Positions 34,501 to 37,631 of a DNA stretch of 37,631 nucleotides are shown piece after piece (position 1 is the stretch's first letter; the number at the start of each line of letters is the position of its first letter). The position numbers were made by a program, and so were the translations under genes. This stretch comes from Jimgerdemannia flammicorona (taxonomy: Eukaryota). The notes under the pieces were generated by a model, which did not search any database, was not told the origin of the DNA, and saw nothing but the letters and a program-made list of their open reading frames with translations. The stretch spans positions 1-37,631 of the forward strand of contig RBNJ01000186.1 in the NCBI GenBank assembly GCA_003990765.1, in the 5' to 3' direction.

Positions 34501-36270
34501 TTCTCAGAGATTCCTTTGGGATCATCTCCTATTATAGTGATGATATGTAAGGAGAATAATTCTTTGTTAATATTGGTCTTCTTGTCAGAGTATTCATGAG
34601 ATATATATTCTCTTTTTTTATAATAGAAATATACTCCTTTCTTTATAAGTTCTTCTATTTCTTTATCAGACAATTTCTTAAATTCTCTTAGGGTTTATAC
34701 TTCTCCTCAAATTGGCATCATTTATCTCCTTTATTATTATTTCTAACCTTTAGGCTATAAGGATAGTATATGCTCAGATAATAACTTATCTTAGATACTA
34801 TTACTTATGTAAGTTATTCTTGCTTATAGATTTTTTCTGATAACTATTCAGAGATAGTATCAAAGAAATAGGTGACTTGGGTTCCATTTATTGTCTGTTC
34901 TTAGAGGCTATATTCTACTCCTATAGTATTTAGGAGAGTTTCAAGTCTTATAGCAAATGCTTTGAGATCTTCTTTTCTATTATTATAGAGTTATAGATTC
35001 TTGAGCTTAATTCTGACTTTAGTAATGTGGGCAGAGCTATAGAACTACTGAATGATCAACTCTTTTAGCTCTATAGTAGCTAGATAGACTTTATAGTTAT
35101 AGTAATTATCAACTTCATTACTTATAAGAATTTTGGTATAAGTTTCCTAAGTAAAAAAATGTACTAATAGATTATGCTATCACTGGGCAACTGTTTCTAT
35201 AAAATATTTAGTAACTTTTTTTACCTGCAAGCTTATAGTTATATAGAGATTTTTTAAAAAATATTATCTGAGCTTTGATTGTTATTCTAACCATTAGTAT
35301 AGTAGTTGATGTCAACTTGATCTATGAATATTATTACTTGATCTGCTTTATCTTCAAATAGAGTAAGGCAGAGGTCTCTTATAGACTTATTTGTTTTAAT
35401 ACTAAGATAAAGGACTTGAGTAAGTATAGCTACTTAGTTGACAAATACTACTATCTTATTATCTACTAATATTATTCTGTTTCTATTATCTATTTAGTAA
35501 GATGATTGAGATTCTTCTTTCTCTATTATTGTAGTATATTAGTCATAGTTTAGAGTTAATTTTTCTATAATATTGCTAAGATGAGTGAGCCTATAGGCTG
35601 ACAGTTTTGATAGAGTGATTGTTGGATCTATTGTAATCTTAGGTAGGTTTAATGTTCTTAATGATAGTTCTATAATAGTACTGGGCCACTAATATTGAGT
35701 TTGGAGATTTCTTCAATTATCCTCCTTAGTTTTGATAATATAAAAAGAGTTTTTCTGGATATAGCAGCTTATGGTTCTTATTACTGAATTATTCTTGCTT
35801 ATATATAGAGAATTTAATAGTAGAAGTGAGATTTCTTTTAATAGGTATAGTATCTCTTATAGTTTAGAAAAACCTTGGCTTTATAGTAGTAATTATTTAG
35901 AAGATGGTTCAGGAAATATTCAGTTATAGCCTTGATAGATTCTTAGATACATTTTTTGTAAAAGTGGCTACTAACTAGATTGTTGAATTTTTTTTTAAGT
36001 TCTGAAGTATAGATGATATCTTTATTAAGTATAAAAAAGATATTAAATATCTCTTAAATGGTTTCATTATTGAGTTTATCAAACTTCTCTTAGCTGGTGT
36101 GAGTTTTGGTCTACTTAGTAATAATTCTGTTAGCTTTTTCTACTTAAGTCTAAAGAGTATCTAGGGTGAAAGTATTTCTTAACTATTACTATCAATATTA
36201 GTGATATTGATCAGTATCTGATTATTTGTAGTAGGTTCTTGAAGAAAGATTACTTGTGGGTGAGGAGAAA

Positions 36271-36286
36271 CTGGCCACTGCTACCA
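36271..36286 (-). promoter_or_regulatory. Primer-binding site of element 3, probably initiator tRNA-Met
   Basis: Minus strand TGGTAGCAGTGGCCAG, 3 nt after the inferred LTR end at 36290. Confidence 0.7.
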
Positions 36287-36907
36287 AATTATAATAAAAC
36301 TATATACTGATAGAATTACTATATTATGATAATCAATAGTAACTATTAGCTCTAAGTTCTGAGTTCTTGAGAAAGTACTGAGTTCTAAATCACCTATTAT
36401 GGCAAAGTCTAAGTATTGCTTTTAGGTTTAACTGAGTATAGGAGACTATACTTGTATCCTAAGTTGATTAGATTTAGAGGTTTCTAGTAAGAATACTACT
36501 TTATTCTTATATTTAGAGAAAGAAGAGCTGAGGTTATAATTTACTCAGTATAGAGAATATTTATATATATTCAAAACTATAACTAAATATAGTATACTGG
36601 GTATGTCTATATGTAGTTATACTACTTTGGGTAACTATGACTACTGGTTAGAAATTTTAGAGACTTATAACAATTCATTATAATATTTTATATTAATTTA
36701 AATAATATAACTTTACATTTATATTATATTATATTATATTATATTACAAATTTATTCTCAATAATTAGAGTCTAATAAATCATTATTAGAAAACTAAAAA
36801 CTAGAGCTATATAAACTATAAAACTAAAATCAAAACTGGACTAGAAGATTTTAAAAGTACCATAATATGTAGTGCATCGCAACCCGAGCCAACCCGTGTA
36901 CATATTT

Positions 36908-37138
36908 AACCTGACCCGGAATTATACGTCACCCATCTTTAACCCGATCCGGAATTATACGTCACCCGTCTTTAACCCGACCCGGAATAATACGTCACCC
37001 GTCTTTAACCCGACCCGGAATAATATGTCACCCGTCTTTAACCCGACTCGGAATTATACGTCACCCATCTTTAACCCAACCTGGAAATGTACATCACCCG
37101 TCTTTAACCCGACCCGGAATTATATGTAACCTGTCTTT
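36908..37138 (+). repeat. 33-bp tandem repeat x7 (AACCCGACCCGGAATTATACGTCACCCGTCTTT)
   Basis: Seven contiguous units without spacers. Confidence 0.95.
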
Positions 37139-37393
37139 AACCCAACCCGAGAAATATATGTGACCTGACCCGAGAAATATATGTGACCCGACCCTGACCC
37201 ATATTTAACCCGACACAGACCCGTCTTTAATCTGCCTTTAAGCTACAAGGCACCAAAAAAAATATATTGCACATCTAAGATATATTTAGAATAAACAAAC
37301 AGAAACATAATTAGGAATCAGAAATCAAAATGAAATCAGAAATAAATAGGAAGTAAATCAGGAAAATAAAGAACTTACCGGTGTGAACAGATC

Positions 37394-37631
37394 TTACTCT
37401 TCATTGCTATAAACCAACTGATCCTCCTCTTCATCGCTATAAACCAACTGATCCTCCTCCTTCTCATATTCCAAACCATCTTCCTCTATATATTCCGAAC
37501 CACTTTCCTCTATATCCTCCTCCTCCATATCCTCCTCTGGGCCGACCTCCTCCGTGCCAACCTCCATTTCGTCCTCCGCGCCGACCTCCCCATGTTCCTC
37601 CGCGCCGACCTCCCCCGTGCCGACCTCCCCA
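37394..37631 (-). CDS. Acidic low-complexity C-terminus of a protein entering from the right edge (possibly that element's transposase)
   Basis: Open frame GEVGTGEVGAEEHGEV...EEDQLVYSDEEEDQLVYSNEE* ending at TAA 37394-37396. Confidence 0.5.
   Translation of the reverse strand, partial: GEVGTGEVGAEEHGEVGAEDEMEVGTEEVGPEEDMEEEDIEESGSEYIEEDGLEYEKEEDQLVYSDEEEDQLVYSNEE

Larger units (their letters stand above)
32895..36869 (-). mobile_element. Heavily mutated, 3'-truncated Ty3/gypsy (element 3): LTR-PBS-gag-knuckle-dUTPase-protease-RT start
   Basis: LTR ~36290-36869 with TATA and AATAAA on minus; gag; decayed knuckle YFYYKKREYISHEY; dUTPase; KVLIDSRV and LILRKS*L (~33440-33720); LEELTSKGLI...KKDRSL...RIDELLDQV (~32900-33115). 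Confidence 0.85.
36870..37631. mobile_element. End of a second, younger hAT-like DNA transposon family, continuing past the right edge
   Basis: Abrupt switch to CpG-intact DNA starting TAGTGCATCGCAACCCG; dense AACCCGACCCG subterminal motifs. The other TIR and the TSD are not in the window. Confidence 0.65.

Noticed and set aside
36908..37138. CRISPR array, or the 85-aa repeat ORF 36872..37129
   Set aside because: Contiguous 33-bp units without unique spacers, no cas genes and a eukaryotic TE context; the ORF is a by-product of the repeat length.

Overview
Eukaryotic, almost certainly fungal, repeat-dense DNA made entirely of nested, mostly decayed transposable elements. No host gene is recognisable. 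An early-diverging (Mucoromycota-like) host is a tentative guess. Nesting reconstructed from target-site duplications (TSDs): an old Ty3/gypsy chromovirus (dUTPase-PR-RT-RH-IN-chromodomain, ~2230-6087; PPT and LTR resume at 20511) was hit by three insertions. These are (i) a younger L1/Tx1-type LINE (1-~2228, minus); (ii) a ~1.2-kb polyadenylated retroposon (6272-20389) holding a ~6.6-kb hAT (6413-19322), which in turn holds a second copy of the same hAT (10947-17247); and (iii) a complete 10.8-kb gypsy element (20693-31513, GTAC TSD) whose 5' LTR carries a palindromic hAT MITE (20938-21552). A gag remnant, a third heavily mutated minus-strand gypsy element and the end of another hAT fill the right side. 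Main finding: the hAT family carries, convergent to its intron-rich transposase, a spliced cargo gene whose product has 2OG-Fe(II) dioxygenase motifs resembling TET/JBP (N..P.HTD ... GG..YDL ... LF...HHGT). Second: all three gypsy pol regions encode a dUTPase, in two different positions. Third: the complete gypsy has an unusual layout, gag-PR-Cys-rich-dUTPase, -1 frameshift, RT-RH, ATGA, IN, ATGA, unknown ORF. All protein calls come from manual translation and motif recognition; no database search was run.
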